A stretch of 44,804 nucleotides of DNA, taken from IMG/VR virus record IMGVR_UViG_3300011441_000001, positions 1-44,804 of that record. One strand, given 5' to 3'. Position numbers and translations under genes: made by a program. The stretch's first letter is position 1. The number at the start of each line of letters is the position of its first letter. The notes under the pieces were generated by a model. The model made no database searches. It was not told the DNA's origin and was given only the letters and a program-made list of their open reading frames with translations. Below, in pieces: positions 18,436 through 26,739 of this stretch. This DNA is from a virus (taxonomy: Duplodnaviria; Caudoviricetes).

Positions 18436-18888
18436 ATGCCTGATCTGACCGCTGGGACAACAGTCAAGGGCCTGGATACCCCGCCTACCGTCGCTGATAG
18501 CGAGGCCACGTCCGGCACCACGACCTCCACGACCTTTGTGGAAACACTGACCGGCGGCACCACGTGCGCTGTCGTGTTCACGGCCCCGACCAGTGGTAGG
18601 GTCCTCGTCTGCTGCGACTCGCGGGTGCAGAACACCGGCGCCAACGCAAGCTTCGTGTCGTTTGTTGTGCGGACCGGCGGCACGCCCGGGTCCGGTACCA
18701 GCGTGCTCGGTGCTGCGGACGCCAGGGCGGTACTGCACGAAGGCACCACGTTCGAGCGGGGCGGGATCGCCGAGCTGGTGACCGGGCTCACTCCCGGAGA
18801 CGTCTACAATGTCCAGCAGGCGTTCCGGGTGGTCGCTGGTACCGGGGCGTTCGCGAACAAGACGCTGACAGTTGTTCCTGTCTCGTAG
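18436..18888 (+). CDS. Minor tail protein
   Basis: GGAGG RBS; FTAPTSGRV and VTGLTPG beta-sandwich motifs. Confidence 0.75.
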   Translation: MPDLTAGTTVKGLDTPPTVADSEATSGTTTSTTFVETLTGGTTCAVVFTAPTSGRVLVCCDSRVQNTGANASFVSFVVRTGGTPGSGTSVLGAADARAVLHEGTTFERGGIAELVTGLTPGDVYNVQQAFRVVAGTGAFANKTLTVVPVS

Positions 18889-18962
18889 CGGCAACGGGAG
18901 TTGCACCGAGCGGCGCTCGCGCCAACACAAAGCTCCGATCAGTTGGCGCCACATAGGAGGCA

Positions 18963-20018
18963 GTGATGCTGGTCGGTGTTGATGTTCACGCGAGGTACCA
19001 GGCCAGCCTCGACATTCCGTTGTTGGCCCGGCAGGGCTATTCGTTTTTGGCGACGAAGGCCAGTCAGGGCACTGAGGTGCCGGCGCACCGGACCCTGTCG
19101 GCGGCCATGTTCACCGGGCGGATGGTGTCCTGGATCGACCAGGCCCGGCAGGCCGGGATGGTCCCTGGTCTGTACCACTGGCTCACCCGCGTAGATGGGG
19201 CTGCGCAGGCCAGGTTCTTCCATAACCTCGTGAGGCGCGCGGGCGGCCCGGCTGGGATGCTGATCCAGCTCGACTGCGAAGACGACGGGTACGGGCCGCA
19301 GATGGCGGCGTGGGCGGCCGAGTGGGAAAGATTGACCGGCGGGCACCCGTTCCTGATCTACTCCGGGTCGTGGTGGTGGCCCCGCACCGGCGGCTATCGC
19401 GGTGCGGGCCTGACCCCGTACCTGTGGCACTCCCACTACCTCGACGCGGACACCGACACCATCCCGGACGACCCGCAGGCATTCGCCGCCCGCGTCCCGG
19501 CCGCCTGGTGGCAGGTCGGCTACGGCGGCTGGGCCACCCCGACGTTCCTACAGTTCTCCTCCCGCGGCGACGCCGGCAGCCTGGCCAACAACGTTGACCT
19601 CAACGCGTTCCGCGGCACCATGACCGATCTGCAAGTCCTCACAGGAGGTTCCGACGTGATCACTGTTTCTGACCAGCAAGCCATCGCCGCCGCGGTCGTG
19701 GCGCAGCTGAACAAGGCCCAGCCGTACCAGTCAGCCGGCGTAGGCAAGTGGGCCGGGGACAACGGGTGGGCGCCGGTGAGCCAACGACTCCTGCTCGAGT
19801 ACACATGGCAGCGGGTCATGAGCCAGGGCCAGGGCGTCCCGGCGGACCTGGTGGCCCGCCTCGACGCGATCCTGGCCGCCGCTTCCGATGACGCGAACCC
19901 GACCGCGGTGTTGGCGCCGGAGCACGTCGCGACGCTGGCCGCGTTGGGTAAGGCCCTCGCCGATCTGCGCGCCGGCCTGGCCGCTGGGGCCGCGGCCGAG
20001 CTCGCCGCGCTGGACTGA
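18963..20018 (+). CDS. Endolysin, GH25 muramidase
   Basis: GVDV..YQ, KASQG, GLYHW, LDCE (DxE), QFSS, VDLN. Confidence 0.88.
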   Translation: MMLVGVDVHARYQASLDIPLLARQGYSFLATKASQGTEVPAHRTLSAAMFTGRMVSWIDQARQAGMVPGLYHWLTRVDGAAQARFFHNLVRRAGGPAGMLIQLDCEDDGYGPQMAAWAAEWERLTGGHPFLIYSGSWWWPRTGGYRGAGLTPYLWHSHYLDADTDTIPDDPQAFAARVPAAWWQVGYGGWATPTFLQFSSRGDAGSLANNVDLNAFRGTMTDLQVLTGGSDVITVSDQQAIAAAVVAQLNKAQPYQSAGVGKWAGDNGWAPVSQRLLLEYTWQRVMSQGQGVPADLVARLDAILAAASDDANPTAVLAPEHVATLAALGKALADLRAGLAAGAAAELAALD

Positions 20019-20028
20019 CCCGACGCCG

Positions 20029-20334
20029 GTGGACTTGACGGGGTGGATTCCGCAGCTCGGGGCGGTGGGGATGATCCTGGCCTTGGCGTTCCTGACCGCC
20101 ACCGGCCGGGGGGTGGTTGGCACGAAGGTCTACGCCGATGCCCGCACCGACAAGGACGCCGCTTTGAAGGTTGCGCTCACGGCGATTGACGCGGCGTCGG
20201 AGATGTCGGGCAACGTGGCCCGGTTGGCCGCCGCGGTGGAAGGGTTAACCGCGGCGCAGCGGGAGACCACGCAGGTGGTGCGGGCGGTGGGCCAGGCGGT
20301 GGAGCTGCTGGCGGCGCGGCGGGTCGGCCCGTGA
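20029..20334 (+). CDS. Lysis-region membrane protein
   Basis: One N-terminal TM segment then a coiled coil; follows the lysin. Confidence 0.6.
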   Translation: MDLTGWIPQLGAVGMILALAFLTATGRGVVGTKVYADARTDKDAALKVALTAIDAASEMSGNVARLAAAVEGLTAAQRETTQVVRAVGQAVELLAARRVGP

Positions 20335-20552
20335 CGCGGTGGTGGCCGCCGGTGTGGTGGCCGTGGCGTCACGAGCCGGACGACCCGGCGGTGGCCGACG
20401 CCCACGCCCAGGCGCTGCGGCTGCTCAACACTGCCCGTGCGTACACCGACAGGTCGACCCGTGCCGCGCAGGCCGCCCGTGCGGCCCGCAGCCAGGCCGG
20501 CCAGCTGGCCGCCGAACTCGAGGCCACCCTGCGCCGCCGGCCCACCACATGA
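20331..20552 (+). CDS. Small lysis-region protein
   Basis: GTGA/ATGA overlaps on both sides; Trp-rich N-terminus and helical body. Confidence 0.6.
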   Translation: MTRWWPPVWWPWRHEPDDPAVADAHAQALRLLNTARAYTDRSTRAAQAARAARSQAGQLAAELEATLRRRPTT

Positions 20553-21112
20553 GCCCAACCACCATCGCCGACGTCGAGCTGGGTCTGGCCATCGCGTTGT
20601 GCACGGCGTTCATTGGTCTGTTCGTGTGGCGGTCGAAGTGGCGCACCCGGGCCGGTTTGTTCCTGCTGGGCTTCGCTGGCGTGATCGACGTGCTGATGTC
20701 GTTGCGAATGTTCTCCCGGGTCGTGTGGCCGTTGGGTGACGGTTTCTGGGCGGTGGGGTTCGCCGCCCTGGACGGGGTGTTCTTGTGGTTGTTGTGGTTG
20801 TTGTGGCGGGTCGAACGGCCGGCCATTGTGCGGGTGGGAGGGTGGGCGATGTCGACTCAGGTGCGTCACCCGTGGCGGGCCACCGTCCGGACCGGGTTCG
20901 CGGTGGCGGTGGCGTTGGCGTCGCTGCTGCCGGTGGTCCTGGTGGCCGGCGGGTTGGACACCGCGCCGGCGGCGGGGCAGGTGTTGGCGGTGGCGGCCGC
21001 GATCACGAGGGTGATGGCGTTGCCGGGGGTGGATGAGTTCCTGCGCCGGTTCGTCCCGTGGCTGGCCCCGGACTCCCCACCACCGCCACCCAACGAGCCC
21101 AGCGGCTGGTGA
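20549..21112 (+). CDS. Holin (two holin-like modules in one frame; internal start at 20849)
   Basis: 3-TM N-terminal module plus RHPWRATVRT...LAVAAAITRVMALPGVDEFLRRFVPWLA, an actinophage holin pattern; GGGAGG RBS before ATG 20849. Confidence 0.75.
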   Translation: MSPTTIADVELGLAIALCTAFIGLFVWRSKWRTRAGLFLLGFAGVIDVLMSLRMFSRVVWPLGDGFWAVGFAALDGVFLWLLWLLWRVERPAIVRVGGWAMSTQVRHPWRATVRTGFAVAVALASLLPVVLVAGGLDTAPAAGQVLAVAAAITRVMALPGVDEFLRRFVPWLAPDSPPPPPNEPSGW

Positions 21113-21140
21113 GAGCAACGGGGCGCGCGGTTGGCTCGAC

Positions 21141-21220
21141 TGTGGCGCACCGTGGCGCACCGTGGCGGCCACACCCAGCCACACCGCCAGTCCGGAGATC
21201 TTGGCCAAGACTCGCGAGCA
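21141..21220. repeat. Candidate attP / recombination site region
   Basis: 10-bp tandem (T/C)GTGGCG(CA/GC)C x3, inverted GCCACAC x2, and palindrome TCTTGGCCAAGA (21199-21210), just downstream of int. Confidence 0.4.
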
Positions 21221-21250
21221 GGCCACGCTCCAGCCGTAGGGCGATTCGCC

Positions 21251-22084
21251 TTACGCCCCGTCGTCACGTGAGGCCCAGCTCGCGAGTAGGTCGTCGATGG
21301 CGCTGACCGCCTGGCGTCGCCGGTCATGCCCCACCAACGAGTAGCCCTGCGTGGTGGCGATCGACACATGCCCCATCAGATCCCGGATCGCGAGCGGGTC
21401 CCGGCCGGCCTGCCACATCGCGGTACAGAACGTGTGCCGCAAACGGTGCAGGTGCCAGCCGGGAAGGCCGATCGCCCGCCAGTGCCGGTGCTGCCGGTGG
21501 GAGATCCACAACGGGGTCACACCCGACCCGTCGGCGCGGCGCACCAGCAGACCGGGAGGCCGGCCGGCCAGGAACGCCCACAGGCTCGCGCAGGTGTCCA
21601 CGTAACGCTCTTTGCCACCCTTGCCGCAGACCACGTGCACGAACTCGGCGGTGATGTCCTCCCGCCGGATCACGGCCAGCTCACTGGACCGCAGCCCGGC
21701 GCACAGGGCCAGCATCAGGCAGGTGATCCACGGCTCGCCGGTGTGGGCCAGGGCGTGATGCAGCTCGGCGGCGGTGACCGGTTTCGGTCGGGTCAGCCCG
21801 GACGGTGGGGTGCGTAGGGTCGCGGTGGGGTCGGAGTCGAGCCACCCGGATAGGTAGGCCCAGCGGTAGAACCCGACCAGGTGGGTGGCGTAGGTGTGGG
21901 CGGTCCACCTCGACCAGGACGGGTTGGCGAGGAAGGTGGCGAGTTCGTCGGGGTGGACGTCGTCGAGGCTGTGGGGTAGGTGGGCGTGGGCGTGCAGGAG
22001 CAGCCGGCGCCGGTCCCGTTGGGTGGCTGTCGCGTAGTGCTCCGCTGTCATCCAGGACAGGTGAGCGTCGATGATGTCGGTCAT
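21251..22084 (-). CDS. int: Tyrosine recombinase/integrase (short, XerC-like)
   Basis: GLRSSEL, GKGGKER, HRLRH, LMGH, TQGY catalytic residues; ATG 22084 preferred (GGAGG upstream). Confidence 0.93.
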   Translation of the reverse strand: MTDIIDAHLSWMTAEHYATATQRDRRRLLLHAHAHLPHSLDDVHPDELATFLANPSWSRWTAHTYATHLVGFYRWAYLSGWLDSDPTATLRTPPSGLTRPKPVTAAELHHALAHTGEPWITCLMLALCAGLRSSELAVIRREDITAEFVHVVCGKGGKERYVDTCASLWAFLAGRPPGLLVRRADGSGVTPLWISHRQHRHWRAIGLPGWHLHRLRHTFCTAMWQAGRDPLAIRDLMGHVSIATTQGYSLVGHDRRRQAVSAIDDLLASWASRDDGA

Positions 22085-22231
22085 GGCGTGTGGGGTGTCC
22101 CTCCGTGAGTGCATGGGGTAGGGGACACGACGGTAGGGGGTCGATACCTGCCATGACGGACGGTGTGTGCGTCGGGGCGCTGCGTTGCCTCCGCCTGTAT
22201 CCGCGGATGGTGGGTGTTGGGGCGCATCGGG

Positions 22232-22651
22232 TCATACCCCAGCTGGGGTGAGCGGCCGGCCGACCATGGGTGTGGGGTGGGTTCGGGTGGTCCGGCCGGT
22301 GGGGCGCCGGGGTGCGGGTACGCCGATGGTGGCGAGCAGGCGGAGGGCGAGCGGGTCGGTCGGATACCAACCGGTAAGAGCATCACCACCACGGTCGGGG
22401 CCGTGCACCAGCCACAGGTAGTCGCACCCCGTCCGGGTGGCGATGATTCTACCCAGCTTGACCTGATCGCGTGGTGTGGTTCCCTCGACTTCCCATAGCC
22501 GCCAGGTCGCGGCCGGTTGGCCGCACTCCCTAGCGGCTTCTTTAATGTTCCAACCCATCCGATGCCGTACGAGCGCCAGCCGTGCGGCGAAGCTGTGATC
22601 GGTCGGCACCCATGCCCCCGTGGTCTGGGCCGTTACCGTGTCCGTTGTCAT
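22232..22651 (-). CDS. Immunity repressor (XRE HTH)
   Basis: FAARLALVRHRMGWNIKEAARECG..ATWRLWE...IATRTGCDYLWL; divergent from a Cro/Xis-like gene and upstream of int. Confidence 0.85.
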   Translation of the reverse strand: MTTDTVTAQTTGAWVPTDHSFAARLALVRHRMGWNIKEAARECGQPAATWRLWEVEGTTPRDQVKLGRIIATRTGCDYLWLVHGPDRGGDALTGWYPTDPLALRLLATIGVPAPRRPTGRTTRTHPTPMVGRPLTPAGV

Positions 22652-22658
22652 GAGGCAC

Positions 22659-22667
22659 AGAATAACA
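22659..22667 (-). promoter_or_regulatory. Leftward extended -10 promoter (TGTTATTCT), leaderless repressor mRNA
   Basis: TGn-TATTCT ends 7 nt before the repressor ATG; no RBS. Confidence 0.6.
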
Positions 22668-22709
22668 GCCTTGACACGGGTGGCCACAAGAGTTCGTCGG
22701 ATTCTGTCC

Positions 22710-22739
22710 TTGACACAGCTTGACAGTCCAGACTATCTT
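22710..22739 (+). promoter_or_regulatory. Rightward early promoter TTGACA-N18-TATCTT, leaderless
   Basis: Consensus -35, TAnnnT -10 at 22734-22739, ATG at 22747 seven nt later. Confidence 0.7.
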
Positions 22740-22746
22740 CCTGTCC

Positions 22747-22941
22747 ATGGAACAGCTGCCCGAGCTGATGACGGTCGCCGAGGTAGCCGAGCTGTTGAGG
22801 CTCAGCGACGAGACGATCCACCGATGGACCCGCGAGGGGAGGTTGGTGTACGTCGACGTCCTTGGCGTGAAGCGGTTCCGCCGCGACTACATCCAGACCC
22901 TCATCAACACACCCGCGGTGGCCTCGGAGAGTGTGGCGTGA
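22747..22941 (+). CDS. Cro/excisionase-like HTH_17 (MerR-like) protein
   Basis: LMTVAEVAELLRLSDETIHRWTREGRL....KRFRR. Confidence 0.85.
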   Translation: MEQLPELMTVAEVAELLRLSDETIHRWTREGRLVYVDVLGVKRFRRDYIQTLINTPAVASESVA

Positions 22942-22967
22942 TCACGGGTCGGATCGTCAGGGCACGG

Positions 22968-23534
22968 TCAACGCAGGCAAGCCCTCGCCTTGGCCACCGC
23001 CGGATCAGTCGGGCTGATCACGGTGTCCTCCACGTCACCCCAGTCGCTGAACTCATGCGCGGTCCCATCGACAGCCCAGAACCCGACCGTCGTGCCAGCG
23101 TCGATGCTGTTGGTAGCCCACACGCCCACCTGGGTGGAAACGCCGGTGGCTGTGAACTCGACAGCCACGAACCAAACCTCAGTGTGCTGCGTCGAGCGGT
23201 AGGCTCCAGCTCGACCAGTGGCGCTCATCCCCGCGTCCTCGACCGCGGCGAGCATGAGGTCGGCGATCTTTTCCGGTGGAACCCGTTCGCAGCCTGCGGG
23301 GATGGTGGGCGGCGGTGGGCTGGTCGACGGTTCGACCGCCGGTGTGGTGCTGGTCAAGATCGGGCTGGTCGGTCCCGTGCTGTCGGCAGTCTTATCCGCT
23401 GTTGGCAAGATCGCGACGGCGATACCACAGCAGACCAGCAGCGCGACCGCAACAGCCGCGATGATCAGTCCGAGTCGGGTCTTGCGTGGCGCTGGAGGAG
23501 CGGCCGCAGCGGGCGGGGGTGGGGGGTCAGTCAT
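22968..23534 (-). CDS. Membrane-anchored extracytoplasmic protein (moron-like)
   Basis: RKTR followed by a TM segment with CC, a Pro/Thr/Ser linker and a Cys-flanked domain; opposite strand to the early operon. Confidence 0.75.
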   Translation of the reverse strand: MTDPPPPPAAAAPPAPRKTRLGLIIAAVAVALLVCCGIAVAILPTADKTADSTGPTSPILTSTTPAVEPSTSPPPPTIPAGCERVPPEKIADLMLAAVEDAGMSATGRAGAYRSTQHTEVWFVAVEFTATGVSTQVGVWATNSIDAGTTVGFWAVDGTAHEFSDWGDVEDTVISPTDPAVAKARACLR

Positions 23535-23602
23535 GCCACCCAGCGTGCACGCCGCGTCAAGGAATCGGAATCAGCCGATCGGCGTTCACCGGCGGTGGCG
23601 TC

Positions 23603-23824
23603 GTGACCGCGCTCACCGGACCACAACACTACGAAGCCGCGCAGCAACTGGTCACGCCCAAAGGCCCATGCAACCCGAACATGGACGAAATCGCCATGGC
23701 ACAGGTACACGCACTGCTCGCCCTCACCGCGATCATCACCACCCTGGCCGTCGCAGACGCCAAAGACGCGATCGCGTTGATCGGCGAATGGCGCCGCGTC
23801 CTCGGAGAGGAGGAGCCGTCATGA
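23603..23824 (+). CDS. Hypothetical protein
   Basis: LTGPQHYEAAQQL...AMAQVHALLAL, a common actinophage early-gene pattern. Confidence 0.7.
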   Translation: MTALTGPQHYEAAQQLVTPKGPCNPNMDEIAMAQVHALLALTAIITTLAVADAKDAIALIGEWRRVLGEEEPS

Positions 23825-24111
23825 CCGCGGACCTTGACCAGCTCGACCTGGTAGACCAGTACTTCGCCACCTGCGACCTCCAAGGGTTGTTGCACCGCGG
23901 CACGGACCTGCGGCCCATCGGGCAGGTCCCCGACCAGACGTGGTGCTGGTACCCGACCAACCGGGAGCCGTTCCTCTTCTTGGGCTGGCGCCACGACCAG
24001 CGCTGCTACCTGGCTGCGTGGGGCCCCGGCGAACAGTTCCCCCTCCACGACCTTGACGGGGCCGGCCAGCCAACGGTCCTTGAGGTCCTCCGCACCGGGA
24101 GCCAGCCATGA
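23821..24111 (+). CDS. Hypothetical protein
   Basis: GGAGGAG RBS; ATGA overlaps. Confidence 0.7.
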   Translation: MTADLDQLDLVDQYFATCDLQGLLHRGTDLRPIGQVPDQTWCWYPTNREPFLFLGWRHDQRCYLAAWGPGEQFPLHDLDGAGQPTVLEVLRTGSQP

Positions 24112-24341
24112 CCGCCGTGTCCGGCCCGTTCCCGGGTCGCCTACTGCCCGACCCACCGCCGGTCGTGGCCACCGGCCTCACGCCGGAGCAGGAGATACGC
24201 GCCCGCGCGCTCACCGCCGCTGCGAGCCTCTTTATCCTGGACGCCCTCGATGACGAGGGCGCCGGTTTGGTGCCGGTTCTGACGGCAGCCATCGCCTTCG
24301 CCGACTGGATCAGCAACGGCAAGGGCGGTGAGCCGTCGTGA
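24108..24341 (+). CDS. Hypothetical protein
   Basis: 4-nt overlaps on both sides. Confidence 0.65.
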   Translation: MTAVSGPFPGRLLPDPPPVVATGLTPEQEIRARALTAAASLFILDALDDEGAGLVPVLTAAIAFADWISNGKGGEPS

Positions 24342-24517
24342 GGCTCATCAACTGGCTGTTCAGCTGGACCGGCCTCATGGTCGTTCCGGCCCCACCGTCG
24401 GCGAAAATGCTCCGCGAGCACGCCAACGTCAGCGAGGTCCACCACCCGTCGCGGGGCGGTAACACCGTCGCGTGGATGCGCCAGGTAGCCCACCTGCGGG
24501 ATGGGAAAGCGTCGTGA
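24338..24517 (+). CDS. Hypothetical 59-aa protein (not in the ORF track)
   Basis: GTGA overlaps on both sides; MRLINWLFSWTGLMVV... Confidence 0.55.
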   Translation: MRLINWLFSWTGLMVVPAPPSAKMLREHANVSEVHHPSRGGNTVAWMRQVAHLRDGKAS

Positions 24518-24759
24518 GTGAGATCTTCCACGCCGCACCCGAAGACGGGGCGTACCGCGACGCACTCACCATCACCGGCCGGCAACTGAAGCCACGCACC
24601 GACGAACTCCTCATCTCCGTCCAGCATGGCCACCTGCTCAACAGCGTTCCCCTGTCCCGCCCCACCGTCCGCCGCCTGTACGGCGTCCTCGGCCAGTGGC
24701 TCGATGAGGGCTGGCCCGACGTGGCCCACACCGACGCACGGCAGGTAGGTGCGGCATGA
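24514..24759 (+). CDS. Hypothetical protein
   Basis: Coupled overlaps. Confidence 0.6.
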   Translation: MSEIFHAAPEDGAYRDALTITGRQLKPRTDELLISVQHGHLLNSVPLSRPTVRRLYGVLGQWLDEGWPDVAHTDARQVGAA

Positions 24760-25271
24760 CTGCCCGGTCCGAGCTGGAGATGGCCCACTACTGCGGCGTC
24801 TGCCGCGGCTCGCTTGACCGGCTCGTCACCGACGGTGTCACCACCTGGCTACACGGCCGGGCCGACCAACACGCCCGCGGGATCGAACCGCACGAGCCGG
24901 TACCCGTACCGGTCCGGGAGATGCACGACGTAGTCACGTACTGCGACTTTTGCTCCGACCCTGAGCCCCGGTGGGTGATCGTCTTCAACGCCGCCGCCAG
25001 CATCCTGAACAACACCGACGCCCCGAACGAGCACTACGGCAGCGTCTGGCTGGCCGACGAGCGGTGCCGCGAGCTACTGACCACCGGCCAACTGGCCGGG
25101 CTGCTCGCCCGTGTCAGGGCCGCGTTCCGCCGCCGCGGGCACGTGCTCGACCCGCGGGATGAGCAGCTCCTGGATGAGATGTACCGGGGACTGTGGGCGA
25201 CCGGACTCACTGCGACCCGGCTGGTGCCGGGTGACCCGATCGGCCAACGCGTTACAGCAGGTGCGGCGTGA
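24756..25271 (+). CDS. Hypothetical protein with CxxC pairs
   Basis: YCGVC and YCDFC; coupled overlaps. Confidence 0.65.
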   Translation: MTARSELEMAHYCGVCRGSLDRLVTDGVTTWLHGRADQHARGIEPHEPVPVPVREMHDVVTYCDFCSDPEPRWVIVFNAAASILNNTDAPNEHYGSVWLADERCRELLTTGQLAGLLARVRAAFRRRGHVLDPRDEQLLDEMYRGLWATGLTATRLVPGDPIGQRVTAGAA

Positions 25272-25924
25272 GCCCGCTGCTGGTCGACCTGTACTGCGGT
25301 GCCGGGGGTGCGACCCGCGGCTACCAGCAAGCCGGGTTCCGGGTGATCGGCGTGGACCACAAGCCCCAGCCCCGCTACGTCGGCGACCAGTTCGTGCAAG
25401 CCGACGCGTTGGAGTGGTTGGCAACGGCGGACCTGTCGCAGGTGGTGGCGATCCACGCCAGCCCACCATGCCAGGCGTACAGCATCTCCACCGCGGCACG
25501 GCGAGCCGCAGGCCACCAGTACCCCGACCTGCTCAGCCCGACCCGTGATGCGCTCATGGCTACCGGCCTGCCGTGGATCATCGAGAACGTTCCCGGCGCC
25601 CCGCTACGTCCCGACCTCGTCCTGTGCGGCTGCATGTTCGACCTGCCGGGGCTACGCCGCCAACGCTGGTTCGAGCTGTCCTGGCGGCCCTTCGAGCTGC
25701 GTTCACCGTGCCACCACCCGGACCCCATCGTCACAGTCATCGGCCACGGCCCGAACCACCACAGCCACTACCGGCACCTGGTTGGAGCTGAGTGGACCGT
25801 GCTGAAGCAGGCGGCCATGGGCATTGACTGGATGCGCCGCGACGAACTCGGCGAGGCCATCCCACCCGCCTATACGAACTACCTCGGTGGCCTGCTTTGC
25901 GATGCCCTGGCGGTGAAGGCGTGA
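25268..25924 (+). CDS. Short DNA cytosine-5 methyltransferase-like protein
   Basis: Motif I DLYCGAGG, IV ASPPCQ, VI IIENV, VIII RQRWF, X GEAIPP. Confidence 0.85.
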   Translation: MSPLLVDLYCGAGGATRGYQQAGFRVIGVDHKPQPRYVGDQFVQADALEWLATADLSQVVAIHASPPCQAYSISTAARRAAGHQYPDLLSPTRDALMATGLPWIIENVPGAPLRPDLVLCGCMFDLPGLRRQRWFELSWRPFELRSPCHHPDPIVTVIGHGPNHHSHYRHLVGAEWTVLKQAAMGIDWMRRDELGEAIPPAYTNYLGGLLCDALAVKA

Positions 25925-26139
25925 ACGCCCGAAGCACGCTGCGCCCAGGCGGCCACGGACGCACCGCAGGCCCAGCACCAGGTAGGGCCAAAGGCGGCAC
26001 CGGCGGGACACGGCAACACCGCGGCGGCGGCTCTAGCGCCGGGCCTGGCTGCGGGTGTCTCACCTCGCTGGTACCGCTCCTGCTGGTCGGGACCGTGTTC
26101 GCGGTCGCCGCCGCACTCATCGAAGGGTGGCCGTTGTGA
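25921..26139 (+). CDS. Small membrane protein
   Basis: Gly/Arg-rich N-terminus and C-terminal TM segment. Confidence 0.6.
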   Translation: MNARSTLRPGGHGRTAGPAPGRAKGGTGGTRQHRGGGSSAGPGCGCLTSLVPLLLVGTVFAVAAALIEGWPL

Positions 26140-26363
26140 TGAAGAACTACATCATCAGAGCCGATGGCTGCGACGACTCCACCGCTGTCGCGTTGGACCT
26201 GACCGCCGCCGAGTTTCGTACCGTTCAGCGGGTAGCCGAAGCGGTCACCGCCGCCGCGCGGTATGGCTGCATGCCGAGGATCAGCGTGGTCGCGAGCACC
26301 CCAGAGGCCCTGGATGAGCTTCGCGAAGCCGCCGAATCGTACGTGTCCGGTGATGCGTCGTGA
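26139..26363 (+). CDS. Hypothetical protein
   Basis: GCDDST...YGCMP pattern; coupled overlaps. Confidence 0.65.
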   Translation: MKNYIIRADGCDDSTAVALDLTAAEFRTVQRVAEAVTAAARYGCMPRISVVASTPEALDELREAAESYVSGDAS

Positions 26364-26539
26364 ACCCTGGTAGCCGGGCCTGTGACCGGTGCTACGCGCA
26401 GCACCCCGAGCAGTACGACACGATGCCGACCACATGCGAGCACCTCGATCTGACACACGGTCAGCTCCCCGCGGCGGGCCCGACCGAGATCGTCGACAAC
26501 ATCCCCTGGTGGGCGGACCCTTGGTGGCTGAAGCCATGA
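26360..26539 (+). CDS. Hypothetical 59-aa protein (not in the ORF track)
   Basis: GTGA/ATGA overlaps; contains CDRC. Confidence 0.5.
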   Translation: MNPGSRACDRCYAQHPEQYDTMPTTCEHLDLTHGQLPAAGPTEIVDNIPWWADPWWLKP

Positions 26540-26739
26540 CCCAGCCCATACCCCCCGTCGACCACGACCGGCTCCTCACCGCCGGCGAGGTCGGGCGGCT
26601 GTTCCGGGTTGATCCGAAGACCGTCACCCGGTGGGCGGCCGCTGGCCGGTTGCCGTTTGTGCGGACGTTGGGTGGTCATCACCGGTTCCGTGAGTCGGTC
26701 GTGCGTGGCCTGTTGGCCCGGGATGGGGCCGGGTCATGA
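26536..26739 (+). CDS. bldC: BldC-family developmental regulator
   Basis: LLTAGEVGRLFRVDPKTVTRWAAAGRLPFVRTLGGHHRFRESVVRGLL closely matches the BldC signature LLTPxEVAxxFRVDPKTVTRWAxAGxxxSIRTLGGHRRxRExEVRALL. Confidence 0.9.
   Translation: MTQPIPPVDHDRLLTAGEVGRLFRVDPKTVTRWAAAGRLPFVRTLGGHHRFRESVVRGLLARDGAGS

Noticed and set aside
22232-22400. attP inside the repressor gene (integration-dependent immunity)
   Set aside because: The C-terminal tail is disordered, as in such systems, but I found no tRNA-like core.
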